Below, one piece after another: positions 1-10,603 of a DNA stretch of 64,000 nucleotides. The DNA comes from a bacterium BMS3Bbin10 (GTDB lineage: Bacteria; Pseudomonadota; Alphaproteobacteria; Rhizobiales; Methyloligellaceae). The stretch covers positions 20,579 to 84,578 of the forward strand of contig BDTT01000024.1 of assembly GCA_002897995.1 (NCBI GenBank). The letters are read 5' to 3'. The notes beneath the pieces were generated by a model. That model had not been told where the DNA came from. It did no database searches and saw only the letters and a program-made list of their open reading frames with translations. Position numbers and translations under genes: made by a program. How positions within the stretch are numbered: position 1 is the first letter of the stretch; each line of letters begins with the position of its first letter.

Positions 1-293
1 GGCGCGGTTATGTCCCGCATGGTTTTCACAGCCGCCCAGGCGGCATGGCTACAGGCCAGTATTTATGACAGTAACCGGCGCAAGCCTCCATTCAGATCAA
101 CAGGCTGCTCATCGCGCCCCGCGTTTGGCGGGACACAATGGCATGCCGCACGGCCGGGTTTCGACCCGGGACCATGGCGGATGGCGGACTGCGCCCCATC
201 AAATCATTGCACATAGGCGCGCGACACCGAAAAAGCGTTTCGGCTCGCGGGGCATAAAGTCCCGCCGCGACCTTGTGCCGGAGCAAATATATT
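1..293 (+). promoter_or_regulatory. rne 5' leader (partial; window begins inside it)
   Basis: No credible ORF. GC-rich hairpin-capable segments (ccggg..cccgg about 154-169; gcgggg..cccgc about 247-265) lie directly upstream of rne. RNase E genes are classically autoregulated through a long structured 5' UTR (established for E. coli, inference here). Confidence 0.3.
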
Positions 294-3053
294 ATGAGCA
301 GCAAAATGCTTATCGACGCTGCGCACCCGGAAGAGACGCGAGTCGTCGTGGTGCGCGGCAACAGACTCGAGGATTTTGATTACGAATCCGCTACCAGAAA
401 ACAACTCAGAGGGAACATCTATCTCGCCAAGGTAACCCGCGTAGAACCATCACTTCAGGCCGCCTTCGTCGATTACGGCGGAAACCGGCACGGATTCCTG
501 GCGTTCAATGAAATTCATCCCGACTATTATCAGATTCCGGTCGCCGACCGTCAGGCGCTGCTTGACAAGGAAGCCGAGGACGAAAGCAAGGCGCAGGCCG
601 AGGAAGCGGCCCATGACGATGCTCAGTCGTCCCGGCGCGGCTCGGGAAGGAAGAAATCCCGCAGAAAATCCGCCGCCAAATCGAAGGCCGGAAGTCCGGA
701 TGGCGATGTTGAGGACGCCGACGCGGCAGGCCCCGCCTCGGATGACGCGATTCAGCTGGCATCTTCCGATCTTTCCGAAACGGTTTCCGAAGACGCCGCA
801 CCTCCCGGTGCCGATACCAATGGCGGCGGCGAGGCCGGCGAAGACGAAAACGGCGAAAGCGTCGAGTTAATAGGCTCGGAGGACGCGCTCGAGGAGCTTC
901 CCGTGCGTGCGCGCCGCAGCCGCTACTACAAAATTCAGGAAGTCATCAAGCGGCGTCAGATTATCCTCGTCCAGGTTGTGAAGGAGGAGCGCGGCAATAA
1001 AGGCGCGGCCCTGACCACCTACATCTCGCTGGCCGGCCGCTACACGGTCTTGATGCCGAATACCGCGCGCGGCGGCGGCATATCGAGGAAGATCACAAAT
1101 CCGGCGGACCGCAAGCGCCTGCGCAAGATTGCAAGCGATCTGGACGTTGCCCAGGGGATGGGATTGATCATCCGCACCGCCGGCGCCTCGCGCACCAAGG
1201 CGGAAATCAAGCGCGATTTCGAATATCTGCTGCGCATGTGGGAGAACATTCGCGATCTCACCCTTCAGTCGACCGCCCCGACCCTCGTCTATGAGGAAGG
1301 CAATCTCATCAAGCGGTCGATTCGCGATCTGTACGGCAAGGAGATCGACGGCATCACGGTGGCGGGCGAGGAGGCCTACAAGGAAGCGAAGGCTTTCATG
1401 CGCCTGCTCATGCCGAGCCACGCCAAGAATGTCCAGCCCTACAAGGATCCCGAACCGATTTTCGTACGTCACCAGATCGAGCGGCAGCTGGGCGCGATGT
1501 ACTCGCCCCATGTCACGCTGAAGTCCGGTGGCTATATCGTCATCAACCAGACCGAGGCGCTGGTTTCGGTCGACGTAAACTCGGGCAAGTCGACGCGCGA
1601 GCATTCAATCGAAAGCACCGCGCTGCGAACCAACCTCGAGGCCGCCGATGAAGTCGCGCGGCAATTGCGGCTGCGCGATCTGGCCGGTCTCATCGTGATC
1701 GATTTCATCGACATGGAAGAACGGCGCAACAACCGGGCCGTCGAGCGCAAAATGAAAGAAGCGCTGAAGTCGGACCGGGCGCGTATTCAGGTTGGGCGCA
1801 TCAGCCATTTCGGTCTGATGGAGATGTCGCGGCAGCGGTTGCGCGCCGGCGTGCTGGAAGGCAGTACGGCGCCGTGCACGATGTGCCAGGGAACCGGGAT
1901 TGTCCGCTCCACGGAATCGGTCGCCCTCGATATCCTGCGCACCGTGGAGGATACCCTGCTGAGCGAGGGCGCGACCAATCTTGTCGTGTCGACCTCTTAC
2001 GAAATCGCGCTCTATATTCTGAACCAGAAGCGCAGCTCGCTCAGGGATATCGAATCCCGTTACGACGTCAGTGTAACGCTTTCCGCGAGCGATGAACTTC
2101 ATGGCGGAAACTTCACGATTGAGCGGGGCGCGGCAACCGCCGCCAGGCGCAGCGCAAGCAATGCGGTCGTTCACATGGATTCCTCCCATCATGAGGAAGG
2201 CGAGGAAGAGGCGAGCGATGATGACCGCAAACGCTCCCGGCGGAAGCGGAGGCGGCGAGGCCGCGGCGACCGGGATGAGGTTGCGGCGGCAACCGGTGAG
2301 GGCAACGCCGCGGAAGTGACCGACAACGGCGACGCAGGCTCGGGCGGCGAGGCTGAAACGCCGGCCGGCGACGAAACGGAAGATCGCGCCAGACGTCCGC
2401 GCCGGCGCGGACGCCGCGGCGGACGAAGGACCCGTGGGTCCCGCTCTGGAACCGCGCCGGCACAGGCCATGGATGGAGAAACGCCGGAGGCTTCCGAAAC
2501 CGCCCAGGCGGCGGCAACCGCCGAAGAGCCTGTTGAAACGCCAGCCGAGCCTGTTGAAACGCCAGCCGAGCCTGTTGAAACGCCAGCCGAGCCTGTTGAA
2601 ACGCCAGCCGAGCCTGTTGAAACGCCAGCCGAAGAGCCTGTTGAAGCGCCAGCCGAGGCAGCCGGCGCGGCGGCCGACATCGAGAAAAAGCCCAAGCGAA
2701 GAACACGCCGGGCCAGCGCCAAAACCACCCGGGCCAAGGCGGATGATGGCGAAGACGCGAAAGCCGACAAGAAACCGGCAACCCGTAGCCGGCGCAAGCC
2801 GGCCAGGAAGGCCGCCGATGGCGGGAAAGACAGTCCGCCAGCGTCAGCAGCCGAGGCGAATGGCGACGGCAGCGCGGTTCGCTCAAGCGCTCCAAAGAAA
2901 TCCGCGGCAAAGAGCGGCCCCGCTAAAGCTGCCGAAACGCCCGTGCCAGCGGCGCCGAAAACGTCCGCCGCCGACCCGGAAGACGCCCGTGCCAAGGAGA
3001 GTGGAGATGACGCCGCGCCCCCGAAGCGCGGGTGGTGGCAGCAGGGAGTTTGA
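294..3053 (+). CDS. rne: Ribonuclease E
   Basis: ORF 273..3053. The N-terminus MSSKMLIDAAHPEETRVVVV...NIYLAKVTRVEPSLQAAFVDYG matches the S1 domain, followed by the VDVNSGK catalytic core and CTMCQGTG Zn-link. ATG 294 matches the usual MxxKMLID start. The C-terminal scaffold is a long Arg/Pro/Glu-rich low-complexity region. Confidence 0.95.
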   Translation: MSSKMLIDAAHPEETRVVVVRGNRLEDFDYESATRKQLRGNIYLAKVTRVEPSLQAAFVDYGGNRHGFLAFNEIHPDYYQIPVADRQALLDKEAEDESKAQAEEAAHDDAQSSRRGSGRKKSRRKSAAKSKAGSPDGDVEDADAAGPASDDAIQLASSDLSETVSEDAAPPGADTNGGGEAGEDENGESVELIGSEDALEELPVRARRSRYYKIQEVIKRRQIILVQVVKEERGNKGAALTTYISLAGRYTVLMPNTARGGGISRKITNPADRKRLRKIASDLDVAQGMGLIIRTAGASRTKAEIKRDFEYLLRMWENIRDLTLQSTAPTLVYEEGNLIKRSIRDLYGKEIDGITVAGEEAYKEAKAFMRLLMPSHAKNVQPYKDPEPIFVRHQIERQLGAMYSPHVTLKSGGYIVINQTEALVSVDVNSGKSTREHSIESTALRTNLEAADEVARQLRLRDLAGLIVIDFIDMEERRNNRAVERKMKEALKSDRARIQVGRISHFGLMEMSRQRLRAGVLEGSTAPCTMCQGTGIVRSTESVALDILRTVEDTLLSEGATNLVVSTSYEIALYILNQKRSSLRDIESRYDVSVTLSASDELHGGNFTIERGAATAARRSASNAVVHMDSSHHEEGEEEASDDDRKRSRRKRRRRGRGDRDEVAAATGEGNAAEVTDNGDAGSGGEAETPAGDETEDRARRPRRRGRRGGRRTRGSRSGTAPAQAMDGETPEASETAQAAATAEEPVETPAEPVETPAEPVETPAEPVETPAEPVETPAEEPVEAPAEAAGAAADIEKKPKRRTRRASAKTTRAKADDGEDAKADKKPATRSRRKPARKAADGGKDSPPASAAEANGDGSAVRSSAPKKSAAKSGPAKAAETPVPAAPKTSAADPEDARAKESGDDAAPPKRGWWQQGV
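2526..2654 (+). repeat. In-frame 21-bp tandem repeat inside rne (5 perfect units gagcctgttgaaacgccagcc plus 1 degenerate unit), encoding (EPVETPA)n
   Basis: Units counted directly at 2526, 2547, 2568, 2589 and 2610. A degenerate sixth unit with a 3-nt insertion spans 2631-2654. Confidence 0.95.
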
Positions 3054-3097
3054 CGCGGGCGCCGGACGCTTACCGGTGCAAACCCGGGACAACTTCG

Positions 3098-4300
3098 TCA
3101 GGCGGACCAGTTCTTCAAACGGCGCGCCGCCTCCACCATGCGCCCGGTGGCGCCCGCATAGCTGAACCGCAGAAAGCGGCTTCCGCGCCCGGTATCGAAA
3201 TCGATGCCGGGCGTGACCGCCACGCCGGTCTCTTCCAGCATCCTTTTCGCAAAACTGGCGCTGTCGTTGGTCAGGTGGCGCACATTCGCATAGAGATAGA
3301 AGGCGCCGTCAGCGGGGAGAATGTCCGTGAAACCCGCTTTGGGCAGCTCCTCAAGAAGCAGATCGCGGTTGGTCCGGTAGACACCCTTGTTGGCTTCAAG
3401 CTCATCACAGGCGTCGAAAGCCGCGATCGCGGCATATTGCGACAACGCCGGGGCGCAAATATAGAGGTTCTGCGCCAGCCGCTCCAGGTGCCGCACAAGC
3501 GCGTGCGGAACGACCATCCAGCCAACCCGCCAGCCCGTCATGCTGAAATATTTTGAAAAGCTGTTGATAACTATGGCCGACCCGGAATGCGCCAGGGCTG
3601 TCTGGGCCGGTTCCTCATATTCGAGACCATGATAGATTTCATCGGAGATGAACCAGAGCCCCAGCTGCTCGCATGCTTTTGCAAGTTCCGCCAGCCCATT
3701 GCCGACAAGCATGGTCCCTGTCGGATTCGCGGGGCTTGCCAGCAACAGGGCATCGAGCGGGTCCTGCCGGTTGAGCTCGGCGAGCGCGGCGGGAACCGGC
3801 GCCCACCGGCTGCCGGCGCCGGTTTCCAAAGTCACCGCCCGCGCGCCCAGCGCGCTCAGGATATGCCGGTAGCAGGGATAGCCCGGCGTCGGCACGGCCA
3901 CGCGGGCGCCAACGTCGAGAATGGCGAGAAAGGCGAGTACGAATCCGGCCGACGAGCCGGATGTGACAACGACCCGTTCGGGTGCGACGGACACACCGTA
4001 GCGGGTGTTGTAGTGCCGCGCGATCCGCTCGCGCAGCTCCGGCACGCCGAGGGCTTCGGTATAACCGAGCCTGGAGTTCTCAAGCGCCTTGTGAGCCGCT
4101 TCGACGACCCGCGCGGGAGCGGGAGTTCCCGGCTGTCCCACCTCCATATGGATGATGTCCGCGCCGCCCGCTTCCTTTTCATTGGCCGCGCGCAGCACGT
4201 CCATGACGATGAACGGATCAATGCGTCCGCGTCTGGAGAGAGGGCGCGGCAACCCGCGGCCGGGTATCGCTTCACCTTGTTCCGGCATCTGGTCTGTCAC
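3098..4300 (-). CDS. PLP-dependent aminotransferase, class I/II (aspartate/aromatic aminotransferase-like)
   Basis: 400-aa ORF with the SFSKYFSMTGWRVGW PLP-lysine motif and overall class I aminotransferase layout. Confidence 0.85.
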   Translation of the reverse strand: MTDQMPEQGEAIPGRGLPRPLSRRGRIDPFIVMDVLRAANEKEAGGADIIHMEVGQPGTPAPARVVEAAHKALENSRLGYTEALGVPELRERIARHYNTRYGVSVAPERVVVTSGSSAGFVLAFLAILDVGARVAVPTPGYPCYRHILSALGARAVTLETGAGSRWAPVPAALAELNRQDPLDALLLASPANPTGTMLVGNGLAELAKACEQLGLWFISDEIYHGLEYEEPAQTALAHSGSAIVINSFSKYFSMTGWRVGWMVVPHALVRHLERLAQNLYICAPALSQYAAIAAFDACDELEANKGVYRTNRDLLLEELPKAGFTDILPADGAFYLYANVRHLTNDSASFAKRMLEETGVAVTPGIDFDTGRGSRFLRFSYAGATGRMVEAARRLKNWSA

Positions 4301-4498
4301 CGTTTTCTCGATTCAAATATTCGTCATATCACCGGTATCGAACATAAATTGATCACTGTATCGCCCCATTATCGTCTATCAATCTGCAAAACACGAACCT
4401 GCCGCCGCGATGGACACACGTGGCCGGACGCCGGTGGCGCCGCATGCCAAGGATCGTTGACCTGATATGTTGGCGTCTCTAGTCTGGATCGATGCTCA

Positions 4499-5986
4499 AT
4501 GTCTCCGCACGGGTCTTATAAACATTTGAAATTATTGAAGAAAGATTTCTCGCAAAAATCCATGACCGAACCAGCCGCCAGCACGCCGTCCACCACGCGC
4601 AAAGGGTTCCGCCGCATTGCCAGATGCGCCATTGTCGCCCTGCTCTCAACGGCGATCATTACCGCCTCGGGGCCGGCTTACGCGGCGGGGCTGATACGCG
4701 ACGCGGAGATAGAAAACCTGCTGCGCGAATATTCGCGGCCGATCTTCAGGGTTGCGGGGTTGAGCCAGCAGAACATCAACATCCACCTGGTTGGGCTGCA
4801 GAGCTTCAACGCATTCGTCGTGGATGGCCGCAATATGTTCTTTCATGTCGGTACGCTGATGAAATCAAAAACACCCAATCAGGTGATCGGCGTCATCGCG
4901 CATGAAGCGGGACATATCGCGGGCGGACATCTCTCGCGCCTGCGCCAGGCGATGAGCCACGCCCGGTCAACTTCGATGATGCTGCGGGTTCTGATCCTGG
5001 CCGCGACGGCCGCCGGCGCGGTCGCCGGCGCCGATGTCGGCGCTGCCGGCGCCGGGGTGCTGCTGGGCGGCGAGGGGATGGCGCAGCGTTATGTGCTGTC
5101 CTATCGCCGGGCCGAGGAAGCGTCCGCCGACCAGGCCGGGATTTCCTATCTGAACGCCACGCGCCAGTCGGCGCAGGGCATGCTCGACACATTTGCGTAT
5201 CTCGCCGATCAGGGGCTCGGTTCGCTGAAATATGCCGACCCCTATGTGCAGAGCCATCCCCTGCCCCGTCAACGGATCGCCAATCTTCGTGACCTGGCAA
5301 AAAGAAGCCCCTATTTCGGAAAACGGGATTCTCCCGCCTTGCAGGCGCGCCATGACATGATGCGTGCAAAGCTGTCCGGATTCCTCGACAATCCGCAGAC
5401 CGTCCTCAATCGCTACCCGAACTCCGACCAGTCGCTTCCCGCCCGCTATGCGCGCACGATCGCCAGCTACAGGCGTTCGGGACTGGTGGCATTTCTGCCG
5501 CAAATCGATGCGCTGATACGCGAGCAGCCGAACAATCCTTACTTTTACGAACTCAAGGGCCAGTTCCTGTTCAAGAGCGGCAACCCCGACAGTATTCGCG
5601 CCGCGGTTCGGCCGTTGCGCCGCGCCTTGAAACTGGCGCCCCATGAAGCGCTCATCCGCATTCTGTTGGCACAAGCTTTACTTGCCGGGTCGCAAAATGG
5701 CGGGCAAATCAATACTGCTATTCTCGATGAGGCTATCTCGAACCTGCGCAAGGCATTGGTGAAAGAGAAATGCTCGGCAATCGGTTACCGCCGGCTGGCG
5801 ACGGCGTATGGATTGAAGAAAAACATTCCTCAGGCCAGGCTTGCGTCCGCCAACGCCTATCAATATGAGGGCAAGAACGATCTCGCCAAGCGGCAGGCCA
5901 AAGAAGCAAAGAAAGCATTCAAACCAGGCTCCACTGACTGGCTGAAGGCCGACGACATTGTAAATCTCAGACCCAAGCCATGCTAG
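4499..5986 (+). CDS. M48 family metallopeptidase with C-terminal TPR-like region (BepA/YfgC-like)
   Basis: HEAGH zinc motif (VIAHEAGHIAGGH) and an N-terminal signal/TM segment. The start is uncertain; an alternative ATG lies at 4562. Confidence 0.85.
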   Translation: MSPHGSYKHLKLLKKDFSQKSMTEPAASTPSTTRKGFRRIARCAIVALLSTAIITASGPAYAAGLIRDAEIENLLREYSRPIFRVAGLSQQNINIHLVGLQSFNAFVVDGRNMFFHVGTLMKSKTPNQVIGVIAHEAGHIAGGHLSRLRQAMSHARSTSMMLRVLILAATAAGAVAGADVGAAGAGVLLGGEGMAQRYVLSYRRAEEASADQAGISYLNATRQSAQGMLDTFAYLADQGLGSLKYADPYVQSHPLPRQRIANLRDLAKRSPYFGKRDSPALQARHDMMRAKLSGFLDNPQTVLNRYPNSDQSLPARYARTIASYRRSGLVAFLPQIDALIREQPNNPYFYELKGQFLFKSGNPDSIRAAVRPLRRALKLAPHEALIRILLAQALLAGSQNGGQINTAILDEAISNLRKALVKEKCSAIGYRRLATAYGLKKNIPQARLASANAYQYEGKNDLAKRQAKEAKKAFKPGSTDWLKADDIVNLRPKPC

Positions 5987-6020
5987 GGCCTGGACGCTAA
6001 CCCACAGGATCATTCATTCA

Positions 6021-6893
6021 ATGAGCAAATCCAGCAAATCCACCGGCAGCGCCCCTGTGATGCAGTTCATTGTTCCTGCGGCCGTCGGAGCAATCATATC
6101 GGCTGCCGCCTTCGCGGCCTTCATGACGCTTGGACCCGGGCCCGTTCCGGGGCCCGTATCCACCACGTCCACGGCTATCATGTCTCCAGCCGGCGAAAGC
6201 GCCGCCTTGAGCGAGAGGCAGAAGGTGGCCGTCGAGCAAACCGTGCGCGCCTATCTGCTCAAAAATCCGCAAATCCTGATGGAGATGTCCGAGCTGCTGG
6301 ACAAACAGCAGGCCGATGCCCGGAACAGCAGGATAATGACCGCGATCTCGGAGAATGCGGACCTGATATTCCGGGACGATTACGGGCTCGATGCCGGCAA
6401 TCCCAAAGGCGATGTCACAATCGTGGAGTTTTCCGATTACAACTGCCCCTACTGCAAACGCGCATTCAGCGATGTCGAGAAGCTGATTAAATCAGACAAG
6501 AATGTCCGCTTTGTATTGAAGGAGTTCCCGATTTTCGGCGAACGCTCCGCGGGCGCCGCGCGCGTGGCCATCGCCGCCAGGAAGCAGGGCAAATATATGG
6601 AGCTTCATGCCGCGATGATGAACAACCGGGGGCCGAACAACGAGAAAGTGGCGCTGCGCCTGGCGGAGAAGCTCGGTTTCGACATGGACAAGTTGCGTGA
6701 AGACATGAAATCCGGTGAGGCGCGCAAGATCATCGAGGAAACACGCGTTCTGGGAAACAAGCTCGGCATTCAGGGAACCCCGTTCTTCCTGATCGGCGAC
6801 CGCACCATACCCGGCGCGCCCGACGGCCTGTTCGAGGAGTTGCGGCAGAAAGTGGCGGACGTTCGAAAGAACGGATGCCAGGCCACCTGTTGA
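6021..6893 (+). CDS. DsbA-family thiol:disulfide oxidoreductase
   Basis: CPYC active site (FSDYNCPYCKRAF), an N-terminal membrane anchor and a thioredoxin-fold C-terminus (GTPFFLIG). Confidence 0.85.
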   Translation: MSKSSKSTGSAPVMQFIVPAAVGAIISAAAFAAFMTLGPGPVPGPVSTTSTAIMSPAGESAALSERQKVAVEQTVRAYLLKNPQILMEMSELLDKQQADARNSRIMTAISENADLIFRDDYGLDAGNPKGDVTIVEFSDYNCPYCKRAFSDVEKLIKSDKNVRFVLKEFPIFGERSAGAARVAIAARKQGKYMELHAAMMNNRGPNNEKVALRLAEKLGFDMDKLREDMKSGEARKIIEETRVLGNKLGIQGTPFFLIGDRTIPGAPDGLFEELRQKVADVRKNGCQATC

Positions 6894-7029
6894 CCGGATT
6901 CTGGAGCCTGGCCGGCGCTGTGGTTTTGCAACGCTTCAAAATAACTGATACAGGGGCGGATGACTGGCAGCGCCGCGCCACTGTGGCGCCCGCCGCTTCA
7001 CATGATCTTATCTTTGCCGGCGGCGCAGC

Positions 7030-7479
7030 ATGCCCAAACCAATCTATGTCCTGAACGGCCCGAATCTGAACCTGCTAGGTCAGCGCGAACCCGATGTTTA
7101 CGGTCATGCAACCCTGGATGAAGTGCATGAACGGACGCAGGCAAGGGCCCGGAAGCATGGTTTTGAAATCGAGTTCCGGCAGTCGAACAATGAAGGGGAA
7201 ATTGTCGACTGGATTCAGGAGGCGCGCACCGCGGCCAGCGCCCTGGCGATCAATGCCGGGGCTTATACGCACACTTCGGTCGCGATTCTGGACGCCCTCC
7301 TGGCGACGGATATTCCTTGTGTCGAAGTGCATATGTCGAACATCTTTCAGCGTGAGGAATTTCGGCATCATTCCTATATCTCGGCCGCTTGCATTGGCGT
7401 CATTTGCGGCTTCGGGGTAAAGAGTTACGAATTGGCGGTCGAAGCCTTGGCCGAACGCCTGGAAGCGGCTGAAGGCTGA
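7030..7479 (+). CDS. aroQ: 3-dehydroquinate dehydratase, type II
   Basis: [22 protein letters not shown] signature. Part of the conserved aroQ-accB-accC order. Confidence 0.95.
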   Translation: MPKPIYVLNGPNLNLLGQREPDVYGHATLDEVHERTQARARKHGFEIEFRQSNNEGEIVDWIQEARTAASALAINAGAYTHTSVAILDALLATDIPCVEVHMSNIFQREEFRHHSYISAACIGVICGFGVKSYELAVEALAERLEAAEG

Positions 7480-7504
7480 CAGCGAACAGGGCCCGGAGAC
7501 GGAT

Positions 7505-7972
7505 ATGACGGAAAAGAAAAAGGCGCGGAAATCCTCCTCCATCGATGAGGAACTCATCCGCGAACTCGCGGACCTGCTGAGCGAAACCGGTCTCACGGAA
7601 ATCGAGATCGAGCGCAAGGATCTTCGTGTGCGCGTCGCACGCGGCGCAGGTGGCGTGGCGCCGGTTCAGAGCGTGGCCGCCACGGGGGCCGCGCAGGTTC
7701 CCTCATCGTCCGGCAACGACAATGCGCTTGCCAGCCACCCCGGCACGGTAATCTCCCCGATGGTCGGCACGGTATACCGCTCGCCGGAGCCGGGCGCGGC
7801 GCCGTTTGTCGAAGTGGGCGCCAGTATTTCGGAGGGCCAGACAGTGATGATCGTGGAGGCGATGAAGACCATGAACCACATTCCCTCTCCGCGTTCCGGC
7901 ACCGTGACGGAGATTTTAGTTGAGGATGGCCAGCCGGTGGAGTTCGGCGAACCCCTCGTGGTGATCGAATAG
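7505..7972 (+). CDS. accB: Acetyl-CoA carboxylase biotin carboxyl carrier protein
   Basis: EAMKTMN biotinylation motif and a Pro/Ala-rich linker. Confidence 0.95.
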   Translation: MTEKKKARKSSSIDEELIRELADLLSETGLTEIEIERKDLRVRVARGAGGVAPVQSVAATGAAQVPSSSGNDNALASHPGTVISPMVGTVYRSPEPGAAPFVEVGASISEGQTVMIVEAMKTMNHIPSPRSGTVTEILVEDGQPVEFGEPLVVIE

Positions 7973-8008
7973 GCCCCGATCCTGATCGGCGGGCGATGGT
8001 GCTCATTT

Positions 8009-9358
8009 ATGTTCGATAAGATCCTCATCGCAAACCGCGGCGAAATCGCATTGCGGATTCTGCGCGCCTGCAAGGAGCTTGGAATCGCAACCGTCGCCGT
8101 CCACTCCACCGCGGACGAGGATGCGATGCACGTCAAGCTGGCGGATGAAAGCGTGTGTATCGGCCCGCCCAAAGCCGCCGACAGTTATCTGAACGTCCCG
8201 CAGATCCTTGCCGCCTGCGAGATTACCAATGCGGATGCGGTTCATCCCGGCTACGGCTTTCTTTCAGAGAGTGCGCGCTTCGCCGAGATTCTCGAAGAGC
8301 ACAAGATTGCGTTCATCGGACCCACGTCGGAACATATCCGGCTCATGGGCGACAAGATTCAGGCCAAGGAAACGGCCGCTGCTTTGGGTTTGCCGGTCGT
8401 TCCAGGTTCCGATGGCGCCGTAACTTCCGGGGAAGAAGCCAGCCGGATGGCCGAGCAGATCGGCTATCCGGTTCTTATCAAGGCCGCCGCGGGAGGCGGC
8501 GGGCGCGGCATGAAAGTCGCCGAGAGCGCCGCCGATCTGGAAACCGCGCTTGCCACCGCGCGCGCCGAATCCAAAGCCGCCTTTGGTGACGACACGCTCT
8601 ATATGGAAAAATATCTCAAGCAGCCCCGGCACATCGAAGTCCAGGTAATCGGGGACGGGCAGGGAAATGCCGTGCATCTTGGGGAACGCGATTGCTCGCT
8701 CCAGAGGCGGCACCAGAAAGTTTGGGAAGAGGCCCCCTCGCCCGCCCTCAATGACGACGAGCGCGCAACCATCGGCGCCACGGTGGCGCGCGCCATGCAA
8801 AAGCTGAACTATCGCGGCGTGGGAACGGTCGAATTTCTGTATGAGGGCGGGGAATTCTTCTTTATCGAAATGAACACCAGGCTCCAGGTGGAACACCCGG
8901 TGACGGAAATGATTACCGGCATCGATATTGTGATCGAGCAGATTCACATAGCCACGGGTGCGCCGCTGAGCTTCGCCCAGGAGGACGTGCGGTTTTCCGG
9001 CCACGCCATCGAATGCCGCATCAATGCGGAGCATCACGCTACGTTCGTGCCCTCACCCGGTTTGATTACCCAGTTCCATGTGCCGGGGGGCCTTGGCGTT
9101 CGCGTCGACTCCGGCGCTTATGCCGGTTATCGCATACCGCCCTATTATGACAGTCTCATCGGCAAGCTGATTGTGCATGCGCGCAATCGCAATGAATGCC
9201 TGATGCGGCTCAAGCGCGCGCTTGACGAATGCGTTATCGACGGCATCGAAACCACGATCCCGCTGTTCTCGGCCCTGATCTCCGAACCGGACATCGTGAA
9301 CGGTTCCTACGACATTCACTGGCTCGAAAAGTATCTTGAAAAGCACCAGGGCCCGTAA
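8009..9358 (+). CDS. accC: Acetyl-CoA carboxylase biotin carboxylase subunit
   Basis: MFDKILIANRGEIALRILRACKELGI N-terminus, ATP-grasp core, 449 aa. Confidence 0.97.
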   Translation: MFDKILIANRGEIALRILRACKELGIATVAVHSTADEDAMHVKLADESVCIGPPKAADSYLNVPQILAACEITNADAVHPGYGFLSESARFAEILEEHKIAFIGPTSEHIRLMGDKIQAKETAAALGLPVVPGSDGAVTSGEEASRMAEQIGYPVLIKAAAGGGGRGMKVAESAADLETALATARAESKAAFGDDTLYMEKYLKQPRHIEVQVIGDGQGNAVHLGERDCSLQRRHQKVWEEAPSPALNDDERATIGATVARAMQKLNYRGVGTVEFLYEGGEFFFIEMNTRLQVEHPVTEMITGIDIVIEQIHIATGAPLSFAQEDVRFSGHAIECRINAEHHATFVPSPGLITQFHVPGGLGVRVDSGAYAGYRIPPYYDSLIGKLIVHARNRNECLMRLKRALDECVIDGIETTIPLFSALISEPDIVNGSYDIHWLEKYLEKHQGP

Positions 9359-9393
9359 ACTAAAGTGGTGCAGGCGAACCGGCACAAGGTATC

Positions 9394-10095
9394 GTGCGCA
9401 ACATGACCTCTATCGACGACATCATGATCGATATTACGCCGCAGGTGCTCCTGAAGGCATATGCATGCGGCATCTTTCCCATGGCCGAAAGCGCCGAGGA
9501 CAGCGCGCTCTACTGGATCGAGCCTGAACGCCGGGGTATCCTGCCGCTGGGTGGCATTCATGTGCCCAAGCGGCTCGCGCGCACGATCCGCCAGGAGCGC
9601 TACGAGGTGCGCATCGACCTTGATTTCGAGGCGGTCATCGATGGCTGCGCCGAATCGCGCCCCGGACGCCAGAGCACATGGATAAATCAGCGGATTCGCT
9701 CGCTCTATGGCGAGCTGTTCAGCCTCGGTCACTGCCACACCGTCGAGGTCTGGCGCGACGGCGCCTTGAGGGGCGGGCTCTACGGAGTCCGGATCGGCGG
9801 CGCTTTCTTCGGCGAAAGCATGTTCTCGCGCGAGCCCGACGCCAGCAAAATTGCGCTGGTTTATCTCGCGGCCCGGCTCAAATTCGGCGGCTTCAGCCTG
9901 CTCGACACGCAGTTCCTGACCGATCACCTGGTGAAGTTTGGCGCAATCGAAGTGTCGCGGGAGAAATTTCAGCGCCTTCTGGACGACGCATTGCCTGGCG
10001 GCGGCGAGTTCTCCAGGTTGCCCGACGACTTTTCGGGCGCCTCCATTTTGCAATTGGTCAACCAGACATCGAAGACCGGATGTTCAACCGCGTGA
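9394..10095 (+). CDS. aat: Leucyl/phenylalanyl-tRNA--protein transferase
   Basis: [12 protein letters not shown]...[15 protein letters not shown] and GESMFSR motifs. The start could be 9403. Confidence 0.9.
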   Translation: MRNMTSIDDIMIDITPQVLLKAYACGIFPMAESAEDSALYWIEPERRGILPLGGIHVPKRLARTIRQERYEVRIDLDFEAVIDGCAESRPGRQSTWINQRIRSLYGELFSLGHCHTVEVWRDGALRGGLYGVRIGGAFFGESMFSREPDASKIALVYLAARLKFGGFSLLDTQFLTDHLVKFGAIEVSREKFQRLLDDALPGGGEFSRLPDDFSGASILQLVNQTSKTGCSTA

Positions 10096-10433
10096 AGACC
10101 CGGGCTCTGCGCAAACATCCAGCCGGCAAAGATTCGCTGATGCTCCCCCGATAACTTGATCTCGTCGACCTCGACGAATGCGGATGTAAGCGGCGGTTCG
10201 GTCGGGGGACGCGTGTAGCATACCCGCGGCGTTACAGTCAGCGCACCGAATTGCATGGTCTCGCCAATACGCACTTCGAGCGGGGAAATTCGTGCCGTAA
10301 CCTTGTCGAGCGCGGCAAAGACCGCGATAGGGTTTTCCACCTTTTGAGCGAGCGCCTGGCGCGGCGACACCAGACTGGCAACGGCAAAGCTGAATAAGAG
10401 TACGCGCCGCATGGCTGCGCTGAGCCCGGTCAT
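9969..10433 (-). CDS. DUF2155-like secreted protein
   Basis: Signal peptide ([22 protein letters not shown]) and a position directly downstream of the NDUFA12-like gene, as in many alphaproteobacteria. Start chosen at ATG 10433; the ORF extends to 10523 and another ATG lies at 10412. Confidence 0.6.
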   Translation of the reverse strand: MTGLSAAMRRVLLFSFAVASLVSPRQALAQKVENPIAVFAALDKVTARISPLEVRIGETMQFGALTVTPRVCYTRPPTEPPLTSAFVEVDEIKLSGEHQRIFAGWMFAQSPGLHAVEHPVFDVWLTNCKMEAPEKSSGNLENSPPPGNASSRRR

Positions 10434-10603
10434 GCTGGATTGTGCCTCATTCATTCCCGCCGTCTTTATCTGCTTCATCCGGTGCAGGGCGGCGGTCACT
10501 TTAGAACCGCTATTCCCCGGCACGCGCCGCCTATCTGTCTAACGTGACGATGGCGACACAAAGGCCAAAACCGTCATGCCGAAGGCTTCACATTGTCCTG
10601 CCG

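Noticed and set aside
2113-3165. Multiple overlapping ORFs on both strands within the rne 3' region (for example 2113-2910, 2189-2995 and 2434-3165)
   Set aside because: They are low-complexity read-through of the repeat-rich, GC-rich RNase E scaffold region. Their repeats simply mirror the 21-bp tandem repeat.
5663-5685. Sigma-54-like TGGCAC-N5-TTAC motif
   Set aside because: It has one mismatch in the -12 element, lies inside the M48 peptidase coding sequence, and has no downstream gene start.
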